Positions 61,730 through 64,000 of a stretch of 64,000 nucleotides of DNA are shown here, piece after piece. Source of the DNA: Gammaproteobacteria bacterium (GTDB taxonomy: Bacteria; Pseudomonadota; Gammaproteobacteria; SZUA-140). A model generated the notes under the pieces. That model saw only the letters and a list, made by a program, of their open reading frames with translations. It did not search any database and was not told the DNA's origin. The DNA is taken from NCBI GenBank assembly GCA_015491865.1, contig WFVD01000008.1, positions 138,002 through 202,001 of the forward strand, written 5' to 3'. The translations under genes were made by a program, and so were the position numbers. Within the stretch, counting starts at the first letter, position 1. Each line of letters opens with the position of its first letter.

Positions 61730-61909
61730 TAGATCAATATACGCGGAGTCACGCTCGAGTGGTATAGTGGTGTCGTTGTAGTGGCTTGTATCATTACTCT
61801 TTCAGGGGGTTTGGCAGGGGTGTTGACGGGTGTTTAGTTTCGCAGGTGGCCGCGTTATGATGCGGCTCTCGAAAAAAATTTTCAGGTGGCATGACAAGCG
61901 GAGAGTGAC

Positions 61910-62464
61910 GTGGACAGGATCCTTCTACGGTTTATTGAGATTTGTCGCCTAAAGGCAGGTCCTCAGGACTTACCGGCTTCAACGTTGCTGATGGCGATAG
62001 CGCTGCTGGCCTATGGTGCGATCGCGCTGATGCTCACGGTCGGTGAAAAAGGGCCAGGCACTGCCATTCAGGTGGCCCTTGTTGATACCCTGCTACTGGC
62101 GGGGCTAACTTATATTGTACTGTGGGTGCTCGATTTAACCATACGTTATGTACAGATGGTGACGGCAATGGCCGGTGCCTGTGCGTTGATGGAGTTGCTG
62201 CTGTGGCCACTGTTGATGCTACAGCAGTATGGTGTCGATGGTGGCGGTACTTTTTTTATTGTTATCGCAACGGTGCTGTTGTGGTTGTGGTTGATCTGGG
62301 AGGTAGCGATCATCGCCAACATCTTCAAACATGGGCTTGACACCTCTATCTGGATGGCGCTGCTGATCTCATTTTTCTATATCTTTCTCTCATACCGTGT
62401 GATGCGTACACTCTTTTTTAGCCCGGAGGTGGCGGAAGTCGCGGCGGCGGTACCTGTTACCTGA
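61910..62464 (+). CDS. Conserved membrane hypothetical protein
   Basis: ICRLKAGPQDLPAS N-terminus, RYVQMVTAMAG, about 5 TM helices; GGAG RBS. Confidence 0.75.
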   Translation: MDRILLRFIEICRLKAGPQDLPASTLLMAIALLAYGAIALMLTVGEKGPGTAIQVALVDTLLLAGLTYIVLWVLDLTIRYVQMVTAMAGACALMELLLWPLLMLQQYGVDGGGTFFIVIATVLLWLWLIWEVAIIANIFKHGLDTSIWMALLISFFYIFLSYRVMRTLFFSPEVAEVAAAVPVT

Positions 62465-62505
62465 CGGGAAGTTCCTTGGTGTTGATTTTGTAAATGGGAG
62501 TCAGG

Positions 62506-63876
62506 ATGCATATCCATATTCTAGGAATCTGTGGCACCTTTATGGGTGGCATTGCGCTACTGGCTCGTCAGCTTGGTTATGAAGTGAGCGGCTCGGATGC
62601 CAATGTCTATCCGCCGATGAGTACGCAGCTGGCGTCGGAGGGGATTGCGCTGTCAGACGGTTACGACCCCGCGCTGCTTGATCCTGCACCGGATCTGGTC
62701 GTCATCGGTAATGCAATGTCACGCGGCAACCCGATGGTTGAGTATCTGCTCGACCGCAATCTTCCCTATATTTCCGGTCCCGCCTTTCTGGCGCAATATA
62801 TCCTGCGTGATCGCTGGGTGCTGGGTGTCGCGGGTACTCATGGCAAAACAACCACTTCAAGTATGCTGGCATGGATGCTTGAATATGCCAAACTAAAGCC
62901 CGGCTTTCTGATTGGCGGCATCCCTGAGAATTTTGGCATCTCGGCGCGGCTGGGTGATGCACCATTTTTTGTCGTCGAAGCAGATGAATATGACGCTGCT
63001 TTTTTTGATAAACGTTCCAAGTTCATTCACTACTGCTCACGCACATTGATTCTGAACAACCTCGAATTTGATCATGCCGATATCTTTGATGATCTCGATG
63101 CGATCAAGCGGCAATTTCATCACCTGGTACGCACCGTGCCGCAGAACGGCTTGATCGTAGCGCCCGGTGATGATGACAATATTAGTGATGTGCTGGAGCA
63201 GGGCTGCTGGACACCCGTCGAGAGTTTTTCTGTGCCGTCAGGTTGGCAGGCACAAAATCTCTCTGAGGATGGTAGTAGCTTTGATGTCTATTTAAAGGGT
63301 GAAAAACAGGGGCGTGTTGAATGGGCGTTGATGGGACAGCACAATATCAATAACGCCCTCGCCGCGATTGCGGCAGCGCGCCATGCCGGGGTGATGGTTC
63401 ACCATGCGATCGATGCGCTGGCTGAATTTCAGAGTGTAAAGCGGCGTATGGAGAGGCGTGGTGAGGTGAACGGCGTACAGGTCTATGATGATTTTGCCCA
63501 CCATCCAACGGCGATTACTATGACGCTGGAGGGGCTTCGTCGGCAGGTCGGCAGTGAGCATATCGTTGCGATACTGGAGCCGAGATCTAATACGATGCAG
63601 ATGGGGGTGCATCAGGAGACGCTTGCAGCGGCCTTTGCCGAGGCTGATGAGGTGATGTTTTTTCAGCCCGCCAGTAGTGACTGTTCAATGCAGAAAATTG
63701 CTGCAGATATCGGGAGTCATGCCCAGGTGTTTGACGCTGTTGATGCCATCGTTGCGCAGGCAGTGAAGGGGGCAAACCCCGGAACCCACCTGCTGGTGAT
63801 GAGTAACGGCGCCTTCGATGGTATTCATCAGAAATTGATTGATGCACTTGAGCTAAAGAGCGGTGGGGTGAAATGA
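62506..63876 (+). CDS. mpl: Murein peptide ligase Mpl
   Basis: [64 protein letters not shown]. Confidence 0.97.
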   Translation: MHIHILGICGTFMGGIALLARQLGYEVSGSDANVYPPMSTQLASEGIALSDGYDPALLDPAPDLVVIGNAMSRGNPMVEYLLDRNLPYISGPAFLAQYILRDRWVLGVAGTHGKTTTSSMLAWMLEYAKLKPGFLIGGIPENFGISARLGDAPFFVVEADEYDAAFFDKRSKFIHYCSRTLILNNLEFDHADIFDDLDAIKRQFHHLVRTVPQNGLIVAPGDDDNISDVLEQGCWTPVESFSVPSGWQAQNLSEDGSSFDVYLKGEKQGRVEWALMGQHNINNALAAIAAARHAGVMVHHAIDALAEFQSVKRRMERRGEVNGVQVYDDFAHHPTAITMTLEGLRRQVGSEHIVAILEPRSNTMQMGVHQETLAAAFAEADEVMFFQPASSDCSMQKIAADIGSHAQVFDAVDAIVAQAVKGANPGTHLLVMSNGAFDGIHQKLIDALELKSGGVK

Positions 63877-64000
63877 GCCGCGACTCAATCACTCTGGCGA
63901 TGACCGGCGCCTCTGGCGCACAATATGGCTTGCGCCTGCTGCAGTGCTTGCTGGAGTCGGGTGAGCAGGTCTACCTGATGGTGTCATCCCCTGCTCAGGT
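63873..64000 (+). CDS. ubiX: Flavin prenyltransferase UbiX, 3'-truncated by the window edge
   Basis: Manual translation [27 protein letters not shown]...VYLMVSS; ATGA overlap with the mpl stop. Confidence 0.9.
   Translation, partial: MSRDSITLAMTGASGAQYGLRLLQCLLESGEQVYLMVSSPAQ

Overview
64-kb chromosomal segment of a motile Gammaproteobacterium; a phosphoribulokinase suggests, but does not prove, a Calvin-cycle autotroph. It holds the end of a chemotaxis operon (cheA-mcp-cheW-cheW-cheR) and housekeeping genes (tex, metH, hemF, tsaC, purD, purH, fis, dusB, prmA, purT, srkA, uup, accC, accB, aroQ, prk, mpl, ubiX). Two giant repeat-rich surface proteins sit between purH and purD. The main accessory feature is a collapsed type II-C CRISPR-Cas locus at 51.5-55.3 kb: a ~1097-codon cas9 broken by two frameshifts and one nonsense codon, an intact tracrRNA with promoter and terminator, a truncated cas1, no cas2, and one 36-bp repeat plus one 30-bp spacer. 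Other notable items: a MotA/ZorA-like gene paired with a MotB-TM/VWA gene, an MCP with its four-helix sensor-like domain at the C-terminus, a leaderless uORF plus terminator (candidate attenuator) before an EamA exporter, a candidate anti-SD sRNA, and three sigma-28-like promoters. All family calls come from motif recognition by eye, not database searches.
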